64,000 nt of DNA from Ginglymostoma cirratum (Eukaryota): contig JAHRHZ010000289.1 in NCBI GenBank assembly GCA_024137785.1, forward strand, positions 32,538,417 to 32,602,416, given 5' to 3'. Of this stretch, positions 11,346 through 24,620 are shown in pieces (position 1 is the stretch's first letter; each line of letters begins with the position of its first letter). The notes below the pieces were generated by a model. The model saw nothing but the letters and a program-made list of their open reading frames with translations. It made no database searches and was not told the DNA's origin. Both the position numbers and the translations under genes were made by a program.

Positions 11346-13139
11346 TGACTCCAGAATGTGGTTTCCTGATGCTTCACGGCCCTTCTGATTTGTTAAGGTT
11401 CAAACTAGCTTCAGCAACCCACCCAGTTCACTGAAAATCTCAAACTCAGTGAAATACAAGGTCGAGGTAGACAGCAAAATAGCTATTTGGAAAAGAATTG
11501 CAATATGATCATTGCAGACAAAGTGGGTTGTAATCGACTCAGTTTTCCATTCCAGTCAGATAGGTGTCTGGTGAGAACAAGGTTGCATCCAGATTGGAGT
11601 GGCCTCTATATGATTCCAGTTCTGCATTGACACTTGATATAAAGGGAAATGTGAATAGTTATGTGATGAATGTGATTGTTATACCCATATACCAGAAACA
11701 AACTTTTTGTTTAGGTTTTGAGCACTGGAAATAAAACATACTTGTGAAGCACCTTGAGATTTTTCTATTTTTGTGGTCCTTAATGAATGTAAATTGTTGT
11801 AATATTTTCAAGGAGAAAAGAATACCCATATCAGGCAATATGTTACTCCTATTATAACCAGCCGCAATATTTCTCTACATTAGTTAAAACTGTAGATTGA
11901 AGGCTATTGGGAGCTAGACAATGACAGATAACTCATTGTTTGTCTGTCTCTTAATAGTCATTCAACTGCTGGAATCTCTTTCTTACATGATCCCAGCCTT
12001 TGAGTAAGAGTAGTTTCCAAAGATGGAAAACAGTGCTTGTGATGAACTTCCTAATCAGTAAAATGCTTGTAGTTTACAGAGGCACAAACACAAACAAGGC
12101 ACAGCAATCGAAACAGTAAGGGGAGTCTCTTGAATTCTCACGATCAATTCATACATTAACGGAACACTGAAATTTCACATTCTGTATATATCCCTTCAAT
12201 CTCATTGCTACATTTCATTTATATCCTTCTGCCCAGTCCCAGTAGACTTTTCCATGGAAATACAATTCAATATAGAATACTTCCTAAGAACAGGTTGTGA
12301 GACAGAGTCTGAAAACTCACCCCTGAGGTGATCACTTATCTTCCTCTTCCCAAATGGAATGAGATTTGACAGAAGCAGGTGACATGTTATGTAGCCTAAT
12401 CTCTTTCCCTCTGTGGACACACACAGAGTTGCACATGAGAGCAACTGCCTCCTGTAAAATAATCTTAAAGTATTACCATCCATGTGGTTCAAATTTTGTG
12501 AAAAAAGAAAAACCTGGGTCTGCAAGTGCCAACTCTTCCTTATATCTTTTCTGTCCACTTTTGAAGAAGTGAAAAAAGACTGCAGCAATATCTAATCTCG
12601 GTGACAAAGCCTTGGGACCAATGAAAAGTGGGAGGATGCTTACACCATGTTAGATTCGAATGATAAATATTTTTCTGCATTTCACAAAACGAAGGAATGA
12701 TACTGAAGATTATTTGTTGGTCTCTGTATTGTTCCACTTTAGCATTACAATTGAAAATACCGAAGAAAGCAAACATTACGCACATGCATATTGTTATTGT
12801 CTGATTGAATCCTGGAGAGAACAGGTTTTCACACAGCAAAGATTAATGAGAATTGAGCCGTGGTTATCACCAACACTGTATCATGGGACTGTTGCAATGT
12901 TTTAAAGCTGCACGCAGTTTGAATATGCTTTGGAAGAATGGCTTGAATTCCCCTGAAACCCAACAGAACAAGTGATTGGTTTAATGGAGAGAAAAAAATC
13001 ATTCGATATGTGTTGTTTTGACAAAATTTCTTTTTAGTCCTGCCCATTATGGGTAATAAGGGAGCTTTATTTTATGATGCTCTAAAGCAAACATATTTTT
13101 GTGGAGACAGTTTCACATCCTTAATGAATTGCAAATATT

Positions 13140-13600
13140 ACACCACCACCAAGTTGGATTTATAAAATACCTTAAAGTATCCCATGACACTTCACAGAGG
13201 GGAAGAAATGAATACAAAGCATAAGAGGAGGACGTTGGGGAAAAATGTACTTTGATGATCATTCTAAGCATGTAGAAAAGGGAAGAGGGAGAGCTTTATG
13301 AAGGGAAATCCAGAGAATCAAGCAGCAACCTCTAGATCGGAGAAGCAGGAATAATGCATTAAGGACCAGAATTGGAGAATGGAATGTAATGATCACAGAG
13401 CTGGAGGAAGATCATGAAGTTAATATGTTGGAGAATGTAAGTTGTCAAAAATTGAAATGAATGGAAATACTGATTTGGTACCAGAAGGCAGAATTTTTTT
13501 ATGTTTGAAGTTTGTTGAGAGTGAAGACTGAGATACCAGTGACAAGGATGTTAAATCATGCTGGGTATCTTGTGTTCAGACCACCATTCTCAGACCAATT
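13140..13600 (-). mobile_element. Old L2-like 3' fragment
   Basis: GAAGGGAAATCCAGAGA, GGACCAGAATTGGAGAA, GAGCTGGAGGAAGATCA are inverse matches to the L2-like 3' block at 17688-17870. Confidence 0.45.
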
Positions 13601-14419
13601 AGAAACAGAAGTCAGGGGACATGTTGGTATTGGAATGACTGGTTGAAGATATTGCGTGACATTACAAAAATTTATAAACCATCCTGCTGTAATGGAATGC
13701 AAGAATAATGTGCACAAGAGGAAGTGCTTATCAAAATATCTAGGGGCTACATTTTTTTGGCTAAGTCAAAGTTGCATCATGTTATTTTTGGAGGGAATCA
13801 CACCACAAGGCTTAAAGAGTTTTTTTATGTATCTTAGTAAACTTGCAGCACTATTGACCTAATCTGCCTCGACGGCATCCCTCATGTTCAATTCCATCCC
13901 CACTTATCATGCACCATTCCTGGAACAATTCGTCTTTCAGCAGAAACTCACCAAGGACTGGTACCTTTTGCACCTGCACCATTCTAAACAGGCCACTATG
14001 TGCTCAGATGAGTATAGCATTATGAAGCAGCCCTGCGCACTCAGGGACAGATTGTGAACATGTCAGAGAAAGGAAGGGGGCACCACCATTACCCACAGAT
14101 CGTGTCTGAGGGTGTGCAGCAGAGGAGGCTCATCCTCTTCCTGGAGGACTGCCATTGGAGGCCATGCCACAAGGTCCTGGCATGCTCACAGTGACTCTAA
14201 AGGTCCGTTCACTGACACTGTTTACAGCGTTGACTTCCGGTTCTGGAAGTCGCTGCCTTACACACGCCCCAGAGATCCACACAGAAGAGAAAAGCATTGT
14301 GGTTATGCTGTCTGGCACCCTGTCTGAGTTTGCCACTTGGGTCAGTACCATATCCATGGTCCAGAGGAATGGGCAGTACAGCTGTATGAATGTCAGTAAC
14401 CTTCTTCAATTTAGAAGGG

Positions 14420-14880
14420 AAAGGTGCCACCCTTTTTTTTTTATCAATCCGTAAGACACCACTGATGCTGTCACATTTCATCTCTTTACTGATGATCATA
14501 GTAGACTGATGGGTGATAGTTAGCAATTGGATTGGTCTTGCTTTTTGTGTACAGGACATACCTGGACAACTTTCCACATTGTCAAGTAGATGCCACTATT
14601 GTAGCTGTGTTGAATAGGCTTGGAGTCCACAAGTTCTGGAGCAAGCCTTCAGCGCTACTATCACAATGTTGCCAGGCTCCACAGCCTTTCAGTATCCAAG
14701 GCTTCCAACCACTTCTTGATATCCTCAGAGTGAATCAAATTGGTTGAAGGCAGCCATCTGTGATGGTGGGGAGCTCATGGATCATCCACTTGGGACTACT
14801 GGATAAATATTGTTGCAAATGCTTTAGCCTTTATCCTTTGCACTGATGGGCTTCTCTGTCATTGAGAATGGGTATATATG
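14420..14880 (-). mobile_element. CR1/L2-group LINE internal (pre-RT) fragment
   Basis: Minus strand encodes ACSRTC/..W KVV QVCPVHKKQD.SNC.NY.PISL-like motif (ACAGGACATACCTGGACAACTTTCCACATT on +). Confidence 0.7.
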
Positions 14881-16499
14881 TCTGAGACGCAAGACAGTAG
14901 AATGGCAACCAAGAGGTGCGCTCAATCCTAGCCCAAGCCCCACCATCTCTGTTCTTCCAGTCAAACATCAAATGGCCAAATAATGGTTGTCAGCATACAG
15001 AATAAAAAAGGATTTCGAGAAATTACTCACATAAAAAAAACACAGACACTGTAAACCCCCCAGCTAATTCTGCTGTTATGTTTCATTATCTTATGGTACA
15101 GTCAGGCCCCTTTCACAACATTTGAGTTACCTTGCCATTAATGCACATCCAAACACGTCTGACACCTAAATGAATACAGCGAGCAACAACAATTTGTGGA
15201 TGGTTGAGTTTCTAAGTGCTTCGTTGCCTCGTTCAAAATGGGGGGTGGGCTGCCAATTTGCCCAACTGTTCACCTTTGTACTTTGGAAGACTGACATGAT
15301 GGCAAAACTTTACCGACCAGCACCATCACACCAAACGTTCTGTCAGTGAAACTGGCGTGGTTGGTCAGCATGGCCAATTTATAAATGTACAATCCAGCCA
15401 CCTTTTCTGTTCAGTCTCACAAACTGTTTTGCCATCTCCACATTAGTATCTGACTACTGGGGTTGGAGGGGGAAGCGGGGGTGCAGCTCAATGTTGTCAC
15501 TTCATATCAGGCCTTGCTTCTTTGAGATTCTACTATATCCAATGAGTTGGCCTGGATGTTATTTGAATATGGAGTTTAGAAAGGAGTTTCAGTTGTTTAT
15601 TTTAAACAAACCAATGTAGGGAATCTCTGTGTTCCTGAAAAAGGAAACAAAAACAATCTCCTCAAAGCAGTATCATAATTTTAGTTTGACTAACATCGAT
15701 GTATTAAAGACATACGGGGAAGCTGCTGTGTTCTTAAGTATCATGGAAAAACGATAGTTTGCTATTTATTTCCATTAATGTGATGGAGAGGAAGGGGAAT
15801 TGTTAAGTTGGAGTCTGTTTTTGCACTGTCAAAACAAAAGAATGATTTCCTAGAGCAGTGAAACCTAAAGTTCAGTATTGCAAGTGTTAAAATCAATTGG
15901 GTTTTCAGAGCAGTCAAACAGATAAAGCTGGTGGTCTGCACTGAAATACCCACTGGGGGGAAACTTCATACAAATAAAAATTGTATGTCTACAGAAAATA
16001 AATACCTTCTTAAAAATAATTTTGAAGTGAATCCAATGATTGCTGGATTTAATGCACCAAATCCCTGTGCTTAAACCCAGCAATCATCGCTCTTTGTACT
16101 CTAAGTAAAAAGATGAGCCAGCTTAAAATGGCTCAAAAGGACACAAACTTAAACCGCATCAGAGGTCAAATGCCAGGCTATATACCACGACTGCATGATT
16201 TGTGGAGCTTTACTCCAATGTCTGGTCTCATGTGGGTAAAAGCAAGAGCAAGGCAGAGATGATCAAGGTCTTCTTTATTGCAAGAATATAAGTGTACTTA
16301 ATTTTTTTCTTCTGAATCAGAGGACTTGCATACACATAAAATTCTTGGAGCCTGTGATCCCGTGAGCAAAGCTGGCTCGTCCAATAGCTGACAAGCTGTG
16401 TAGATCAAAGCCTAATGACGGATATTATTTTATCACATTGCTACTTTATAGAAATTGGAACTATGATATTGCCACATGCCACAAGGTAACAGGCAGTAG

Positions 16500-17625
16500 C
16501 TAAGTTGAAGACATTTTTAGTTTTGGCATTTCCACATCATTCCATGATTTCCTTGAATATTCAATTCCAATTTGTAAGCAATGGTTTAAGATAAACTGAA
16601 GCCCACGAAATTAAAGTGACACGATGGGATGGGTACACATTTGACTGATGGATAGAAAGTGAAGAGTAGAGGTAAACAATTCCTTTTAAGATGAAGAGAA
16701 ATGTGCAGTGCTATACTCTTATGGACTGGCCATGGAATTACAACTGCTTTTCAATATATATGACCAATCTGGACTTGGGTACACAGGGCATAATTTCAAA
16801 GTTCGCAAATGACACAAAGATCAGGAATGAAGGAAACAATGAAGTGATTATCAACAGATGTCAAGAGAATGTAGGTGAGTGAAATAGCCAGAACCACGAC
16901 AGACAAAATTTGATGCAGAGAAGTATGAAATTATTCATTTTGGTAGAAAAGGTGAGAGATAATAGAAACTAAATGGTATAATTTTAAAGTGGATGGAGGA
17001 AATGAAAGATGTGGGTGTACATCCATTAATCTTTCAACATGGCAAATCAAATTGAGAAGGCTATTAAAAAAGGCTTCATTGGCTTTATAAATAGAGGAAT
17101 GGAGTACAAAAGCAGGGATATTTTGCTAGATCTGTATAAAAGACTGTTTTGTACCCAGCTGGAGTACTGTGGGTAATTCTGGACACTGTGCACCTTATAA
17201 AATGCCAAGTCTTAGCAAGACCGAGGCCTGTACTCATTGGAGTTCAGAAGAATTGAAAAATACAAGAATCTTAAGTGGCTTGATAGGGTAGAATAGGTGG
17301 CTGTTTCCCCTTGTGAGGGAGTTGAGGACCAAAGGGTATAATCTCAGGGTATGGAGGTACACTTTTAACAAAGATGAGGAAGATTATTTTCCTTCTCAGA
17401 AGGTAATGAATCTGTGGAACTCATTTCCCCACAGATGGCTGTAGAGACTGGGTCCTTGGGAATATTCAAAGCTATTCAGACAAATTTTTAATCATTAAAG
17501 GGAATGAAAAGTAAGGGAAAAAGCCAGGAAAATGGAGACAAAGATTATCTGCTATGATCTCATTATAAGGCAGAGCAGGCTCAATGGGATGAACGGACAG
17601 CTTTTGCTCCTACATCACATGGGTC
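16500..17625 (+). mobile_element. Old CR1 RT-to-3' fragment
   Basis: ORF 16691..16882 FSIYMTNLDLGTQGIISKFANDTKI (KFADDTK motif); CAGCTGGAGTACTGTG; CR1 3' UTR. Confidence 0.85.
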
Positions 17626-17687
17626 TTGGAGTGAGAAGATCTATTAGAACAGTACCAGATAGGTAGACAGACTACATTATCTGAGAT

Positions 17688-17870
17688 GTCTATGGCTTTG
17701 GCCCTCCCTGTTCCTGTACAACTTTCCAGCCCACAACCCTGTGAGATATGGGCACTCTGGTTCCTGCCTCTTCTGCATCCCCAGGTTGAATTGCTCCTCC
17801 ATTGATGACTGCCTGCAGCTGTCTAGGCCCAGTCCCTAGACCTTCCTTGCAACTCTCCACCTCAAATTTC
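17688..17870 (+). mobile_element. L2-like LINE 3' fragment
   Basis: CCCTCCCTGTTCCTGTACAACTTTCCAGCCCACAACCCT..GAGATAT...GCAGCTGTCTAGGCCC; homologous to 57870-58200. Confidence 0.6.
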
Positions 17871-17871
17871 T

Positions 17872-19245
17872 CTTTTAAATCTGAGGTGAGTGTAGTGGCC
17901 ATCACTAAGGAGATGGTGCCGGGGAAGCCGAAAGGTCTGAAGGTAGATAAATCACCCAGACCAGATGGACTACACCCTAGCATTCTGAATGAGACAGCTG
18001 AGGAGAATACGGAGGCATTGGTGGTGATCTTTCAGGAATCAGTGAAGCCAAGAAGGGTCTCAGAGGACTGAAAAATGAGAGATGTTGCACCCATGTTTAA
18101 GAATGGAGCCTGGCAGAAGGCAGAAAATTATAGGCTGGTTAGCCTGACCCCTGGGTCATTGTTAAAATTTTAGTGTCCATTATCAAGAGTGAGGTCATGG
18201 AGTACTTGAAAGTGCATGGTAAAATAGGACTAAGTCAGCACAGTTTCATGAAAGGGCGGTCATAGCTGACAAATCCATTAGAATTATTTGAGGAGGTAAT
18301 TGAGCAAGTTAGACAGAGGAGAGGCAGTGGACATAACCTATTTGGATTTCAAGAAGGCCTTTGACAAGGTACTGCACACTAAGCTGCTAAATTAGATAAG
18401 AACCCATGGTGTCATGAGCAAGTTACTGGCATAGAAAGAGGATTGGCTGACTGGCAAAAGGCACAAAGTCAGGGTAAAGGTTTTTTTTTGATTGGCAGTC
18501 AGTGATTAATGGAGTTCGCAGAGGTCAGCGTTGGGACCACAACTGTTCACAATATACAATAACAATCTGGACGAATGACCTGAGGGCATTGTTGCTAAAC
18601 TTGCAAATGACAAAAAGATAAATGGAAGGACGGATAGCATTGAGGAGGTGTAGAAGCTGAGGAAGAAACTGGACAAACCAGGAGAGTAGGCAAAGAAGTG
18701 ACAGATGGAATACAATGTGGGGAAGTGTGAGGTTATACACTTTTGGTAGGAAGAATGGAAGCAAAGACTATTTTCTAAATGGAGAAGTGTTTCAGAAATC
18801 TGAAGCGCAAAGGGACTCAGGGGTTCTCATTCAGGAATCGCTTAAGGTTAACACATCGGTTCAGTTGGCGGTTAGGAAGGCAAATGCAATGTCAGCATTC
18901 ATTTCGAGGGGCCAAGAATAGAAGAGCAGAAACGTTTTGCTCAGGCTGTATAAGACTCTGAACAGACTGCGTCTGGAATTTTGTGAGCAGTTTTGGGTCC
19001 CATATCTAAGGAAGGATGTAGTGGCATTGAAGGGTGTCCAGAGGAGGTTTACAAAATTGAATCCTGGCATGAAGGGCTTGTCATAGAAAGAGCAGTACAG
19101 GCATCTAGATCTGTGTTTGATGGAATTTAGTAGAACGAGGGGGATCTCATTGAAACAGAACACTGCAAGGCTTGGATAGACTGGAGGTGGAGGAAATGTT
19201 TTCACAAGTAGAAAGGACCAGGACCCATGGGCAAAGCCTCACAGT
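17872..19245 (+). mobile_element. CR1 (HER1-like) reverse transcriptase pseudo-ORF2
   Basis: GLKVDKSPRPDGLHPSIL; NYRLVSLT; YLDFKKAFDKV; QRSALGPQLFTIYNNNLD; KLANDKKI; QLAVRKANAM; multiple stops and frameshifts. Confidence 0.95.
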
Positions 19246-19559
19246 GAAGCCACATTAAGTTTATATCACAATGAGACATTAATGCAGAGAAATGGATGAA
19301 AGTAGCCCTCTTTCCACTCATTGGCAAGATTATTGTCTCACCATTGAACACTTGATTGGAGAATGGGACGTTTAGTCTTGAAGTTAAGAATCTCATTCCT
19401 GCTGATCTTAGTCGACTTTTCAAAATTTCTCGCCAAGGTTTATGTCATCCAAAGGCAAGGAAGACGCCACCCTTTATTACAAGGCAACCTCTGAGTCAAG
19501 ATTTATCTTTCAGAACTTGCCATCATAACCTTTGATGATCCTGAATGACTCCCACAACA

Positions 19560-20220
19560 AACTGCACTTGCAAGACACTCCTAATGTAGCAAGATGTCCT
19601 GCAGCTTCATAGGATAAAACCTCAGGCTGTGACAAAGAGGGTGGCATTAGGACAGGTGAATACAAATCTGGTCAAGAATAGCAGTACAGGCACAAAGGAG
19701 TTTTGGGGTAGCTGGAGGATGAAGTGAGGGGTGCTGGAGAATTCCAGATCTTAGGAGCAAGACAGCTGAATGTTATGACCACCAAATATGAGATGAAGAG
19801 ACAGCGAAGCAAATAATAAAACTGATTTTCAGGAAGGTAGAGTTCTCAGAAGCTTGCAAGGCTGAAGGTGATCACAAGGATGGGAAGCAAGGAGGCAATG
19901 GAAATATTTTACCCATTAAGAAGGGTTTTTTGTAAATAAACTGAAATATGTGCTGATAAATGTTGACAAAGAGGCAACAGGAGATTTGGACTTTGTACCA
20001 GTTAGAATCTGGGCACCAAAGTCTTTGACAGAATCAAGTTTATTGAGTTTGGAGGATAGAAGGCTGTCCAAGAGAGCACTGGAATCATTTAGTCTCCAGG
20101 TAACAAAAACAGAATCATGACTGAGGTGAACAAAGGTAGGGAGGCTGAAGCTGGTGGTTTCGTGATGAACAGAGAGTGAGATCAAGAGGTCAGCTCTGGG
20201 TCAGATAGAATGCTGAGTTT
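19560..20220 (-). mobile_element. Old L2-like 3' fragment
   Basis: GAATTCCAGATCTTAGGAGCAAGACAGCTGAA inverse to the L2-like block; ORF 19916..20185 DSSALLDSLLSSKLNKLDSVKDFGAQILTGTKSKSPV resembles the L2 ORF2 C-terminus. Confidence 0.65.
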
Positions 20221-20461
20221 AATGCGTGGTGTGCTGTTTTCTGTTTTTATTTCAATATTAATGTCTTGCTTGTAGTTTCTATTCGACAAAAACTGAACTT
20301 AAGATTCCATATACTTTTAATAAGCCTTGTTTCTGAACAATTCCGTCTCTTCACCGTATTACTTCACGTAAAAACCTAACTCTTTTAAATGTATTTGTTT
20401 TATTTTTTGCAAATGAATGACTTTACATGGTTCTTCAGCACACTAACTCTACCATCTATTT

Positions 20462-20587
20462 AACTGCGGATACTGAAGATCTGAAACAAAAAAACAGAAA
20501 TTGCTGAAGAAACTTAACGGATCTGACAGCATCTGAGGAGAAAACACAGAATTAATTTTCCAAGTCCAGTGACCCTTCTTCAGAATT
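20462..20587 (-). mobile_element. Hammerhead-bearing short element, family B (degenerate core)
   Basis: Minus strand TTCTGAAGA-AGGGTCACTGGACTT-GGAAAATTAATT...CAGATGCTG; possible TSD TCTACCAT (20448-20455, 20597-20604). Confidence 0.8.
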
Positions 20588-20969
20588 ATTTTTGGGTCTA
20601 CCATTATCTGTTCTTCCATATCGATCATCCTGTATTTTCACTACAGTCTTCAGTAGTGTTCCTTCAAATCTGGAGTATACATCATTTACAAGCCATAGAC
20701 TCCTGTGGAAGTTCATGCACCGTTCATTTCAATTCCAGGAAACCTCATTTTAATGCTTAACATTTGTGTTTTCCTTTCTAAAAAGGTGTCTATCCTTGTG
20801 ATTTCTCCCCCCTTCATACTGTCTGCTATTTTCCAGAAAATAAAAACCTTTGCTTTTATAAATTAGAGCACTAAGCACAAGACAAAAATATTTTGCTAAT
20901 CTTGCACAAGTTATTGGATAGCTATCGTTAAGAGAATATATCCAGTTTTCTGTGTCTTGCTTGAAGAAG

Positions 20970-21268
20970 TTCACTACTCCTCATAGCGCCAAAGACCAGT
21001 GTTCAATTCCAGCATGTTCTCCCCGTGTGCATGGGTTTCCACTGGGTGTTCCAGGTTCTTCCCACAGTTCAAAGGTGTGCAGATTAGATGGATTGCAAAA
21101 TTCCCCTGCGTGCACGAATCTGCAGGCTAGGTGAGTTAGCCAGTGTAAGTGTGGAGTTATGGCGACAGGGTGGTGGTCTGGTTTTGGATGGGATAGTCTT
21201 CAGAGGGTCAGTACAGACTTGGTGGGCCAAATGGCCTCTTTCCACACTGTAGGGATTCTATGATTCTA
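20970..21268 (+). mobile_element. HE1-type SINE, internally deleted
   Basis: CCTCATAGCGCC..GTTCAATTCC, TTCTCCCCGTGTGCATGGGTTTCC, tail TTCCACACTGTAGGGATTCTATGATTCTAT. Confidence 0.85.
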
Positions 21269-21854
21269 TAATGTGGGACATAATCATGAAAATCTTTTAG
21301 TGTCTAGCATGTTAACTGTACAGCATTATTTTAGCATCACCAAAAGAAGACATTACAAGAATTTAACACAGTGAGCTGAATATTTCTGCAGGTGTCTGAA
21401 GTTGATGCTGTGACCAAATGGAGCTCCTGAACTCGCATTTGTCAACAATGAAATTGGCAGAATGGTACTCGTAAATATTACACTTAGTAGAGATTTAAGG
21501 GCAGTGGGTGGACTCCTGGTGTTGCCTGTCTACAGGAAGGGTCAGCATTCGAAGCCCCATTGGAGGAAGCAGGCAGTGCTGATATAAATAGAAAATTGAG
21601 ATCAAACCTCAAGGCAGTCACAAATTAGTAGGTTTAAAAGTAAGTTTGAGAAGGATAGAAGCTGACAGACACCCCGTATCACCTCAGGCCCACAGGACAT
21701 CTAAACTGTCCCAACAGAGACCTCAAACACGTTAAATCATCTATGCTACTGCTGCTGCTCAGTGGGCAGCTGATCCATATCTCTTCCCACTGAGAAACCT
21801 TCCTGGTAGTAGGAGCTGCACTGGAGAAATCCCACCATGAGAGCTGGTGGAGAC

Positions 21855-22065
21855 TCAATTAATAAATGATTTCACTTAATTTGGAGTGAGTCTCAGTCAT
21901 GGCAACAATGGAATGAACAATAATTGCTGTAATCTGTTTCACTAATGTCCTTGAGGGAAGAAAATCAGCCATCTTTACATCATCTGGCCTACACTTAAAT
22001 ACAGACACACAGCAATGTGATTGACTCCTTGTTCTCCTAAAAGTGCTGAACAAGCCAGTTCTTTT
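21855..22065 (+). mobile_element. tRNA-headed SINE fragment (48438 family)
   Basis: TTCACTAATGTCCTTGAGGGAAGAAAATC.GCC...CACAGCAATGTGATTGACTC. Confidence 0.65.
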
Positions 22066-23199
22066 CATAAACAATGGTTTATAAAAAGACATCCTGACTT
22101 AGCTCCTGTTACTTCTGCCACTCCCTTCTTCCACGACTGCCACCCCCAAGCACAGAAATGTCCAGTCAGTTGAATGTTATGATACAGAATGACCTACTAG
22201 GAATAGAGATGTTGGTAAAATTAATACTGATTTCAAAAAGAGAAGTGGACGAATATTTGGAAATGAATAAAAAAGGTTGGCACAAAGAATGAGATCAAGT
22301 GGAGATCTCTTTCAGAAAGGTAACATTGGCATAACTGGCCAAATTCTCCAAGACTCTGATTTTTGATGTCCTGTGTATTGGAGTTACAGTTGCAATGTGT
22401 TACAGAGGGATGCCTGGTTCTTTAGTCTATATTGGAAGGTCGCATCTTTAGTCCTGTTGTCAGGTTTTTTTTTGAGGAGTTTGTAGGGTAGATGAAGTGA
22501 TGAAACTAAAACAGTGACAGGCAGCTGTGTAGATCTATGTCTTCTGCCCATTACCCGTCCAATCTTGCATCTTGCTAGGATTTCTTAAAGCACAAAACAA
22601 GTTTGCTGCATTTCCATGTAACTGCCAAATCGACAGCAATTAAATAAAATAGCTGGAAGATTTTTCATTTCCAACAATTAAATGACTGTAGCCTAGAAAT
22701 GACAGTGGGTAATATTAACAGAAACGTGTGATGCATCCTAATGACTTTCCTTTAGGAACCGTTTTAACACAGGCATTTATTGGTCTGTTTGAAACAGTAG
22801 CCGAAAGAATCAAATGGAAGCATTCATCCACTAAAGCAGCCAGCTGTGATTTCTAGGCTCACATTATTACCTGTACTGCTTCTTCCACTCCCCAAAAAGA
22901 GAGGGCAAGGTGATTTCAAGCTACATAACTCACTGTAAATGTTTTAAATAGATTAAGAACCATGTGGATGATAGGATCTGTAACAGCCAAACATTTTTGT
23001 GATTGTTTTTGATTCTTGAGTTCTCAATAGGTGTTCTTCAGAACTGCTGACTGTATGTCTCATTAGAGAGTAAAGTATATAATTGTACCCTGGTAGTGAA
23101 AAGAAAATCCATTCATTGCATTTTGACTTCAGCAACCTACATTCATTGATTCAGAAGGCAACCACTTTAAACAATGGGTTTTTGCACAGTGTCACTCTA

Positions 23200-24620
23200 A
23201 CAGTCCTAAATACATTCTCAGTGATGAACACACAAAGGAAGGTAAGAGGTTCTGAGGAGGATACAAAAAAACTACAAAGAGGCATATAGATATGTTAAGT
23301 GAATAGGCAAGAAAGTGACAGAAGGAGTATAATGTGGGGAAATGTGAAAATATCCACTTTGGTAGGGAGATTTTGGGGACCCTTTGGCCAATCAGAGGCA
23401 TCCCGTCACCAGGTTATCCACACTTTTCACCCCTTGCATTTTGAAGGGAGACCCCCATTGCCTCATAGACATCTCCAACAACAGGCTTGTTTGGGTACTT
23501 TGGCCTAGTGGGACTGCCTGTACTTCCAAAAGTCACCAGCATTCCCCTCTCCCAGTAGTTTTCTCAGGTGGGATTTTCTCCAGAGATAGTGGTAGGAGTC
23601 TTGCATTATTGTAACTAACTATTAAAACAGAATCATTTATTCAATGTGGGCATCACTGGCTGGGCCAATATTTATTGCCCATATATAACTGCCCTTGAGA
23701 AGGTGATAGCAAGCTGCCTTCTTGAACTTCTGCAGTCTTTGTGGTGTAGGTAAACACAATGAATGTTAGTCAGAAAGGGAGTTTGAGGACTTCAACCCAA
23801 AGATATTGAACTAAAAAATAGTCTAGTTCCAAGTCAGAATGGGCTTGGAGGGGAACTTGCAGGTGATGGTGTTCACAGTGTTAAATTTCAGTGGGGCAGG
23901 TTTCAGGATTGTGGTCTGACACATAACCTTCCTCATCACACCCCAAAGCCCCCCTAAACTATCCTGCCACCAGCCCCATTCCCTGACCCTTGGCTGGGTA
24001 TCAGGGTATCCTATCAATTGCAGCGCAATGTCTTACTGCGATTATATGTCTTGTTGATTACCAGAGCTTTGCATTTAGCCTTTTGTCTCTTTACCCAAGG
24101 AAGGATACTCTTCTCTTGCAGGAGTTGCAAGCAATATTTTATTAGATTCATCTTTGGAATGAGAGGGTTGTCCTGTGAGGGGAGATTGAGTGGATAGGTC
24201 CTGTCCCATCTGGTGTTTAGAAGGATAAAAGCTAATTAAATTGATCCAAATCTGTACAACATTATTTAAGGGCTTGTTAGAGTTGATGCTGGGAAACTGT
24301 TTAACCTGATTGGGGTGTCTATGACTAGGATCCATCACCTCTTGATTCAGGAAAGTAATCTAACAATGACATGAGGAGAAATTTCTTCAGCAAGAGGGTT
24401 GTGAATTCTCTACTTCAGAGAACTGTGGATGCTCAGTTGTTATTTAAGTATATTAAGTATATTTAAGACTGAAACAGGTAGATTTTTCGATATTAAGGAA
24501 ATTCAGAGATATGGGGATAGGGCTGAAAGTGGAATTGAAGTAGCCAAGAACTTATTGAATAGTGGTGGCAATTTCACAGGCTGAATGGTGCACTGCTACC
24601 CCTGTTTATTAAGTTCACAT
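23200..24620 (+). mobile_element. CR1 fragment split by nested repeats (CR1 at about 23200-23368 and 24075-24620)
   Basis: EEDTKKLQRGID / YNVGKCE.IHFG motifs, later AGGAGAAATTTCTTC..CAAGAGGGTTGTGAAT and CR1 3' UTR. Confidence 0.7.
23633..23880 (-). mobile_element. 3' end of CR1/L2-group LINE (47121 family)
   Basis: TGTGGGCATCACTGGCTGGGCC...TGCCCTTGAGAAGGTG...GCTGCCTTCTTGAAC...GGAGGGGAACTTG are reverse complements of 47860-48090. Confidence 0.85.

Noticed and set aside
12208-13047. Cluster of overlapping ORFs as exons
   Set aside because: No recognisable protein similarity or consistent splice signals
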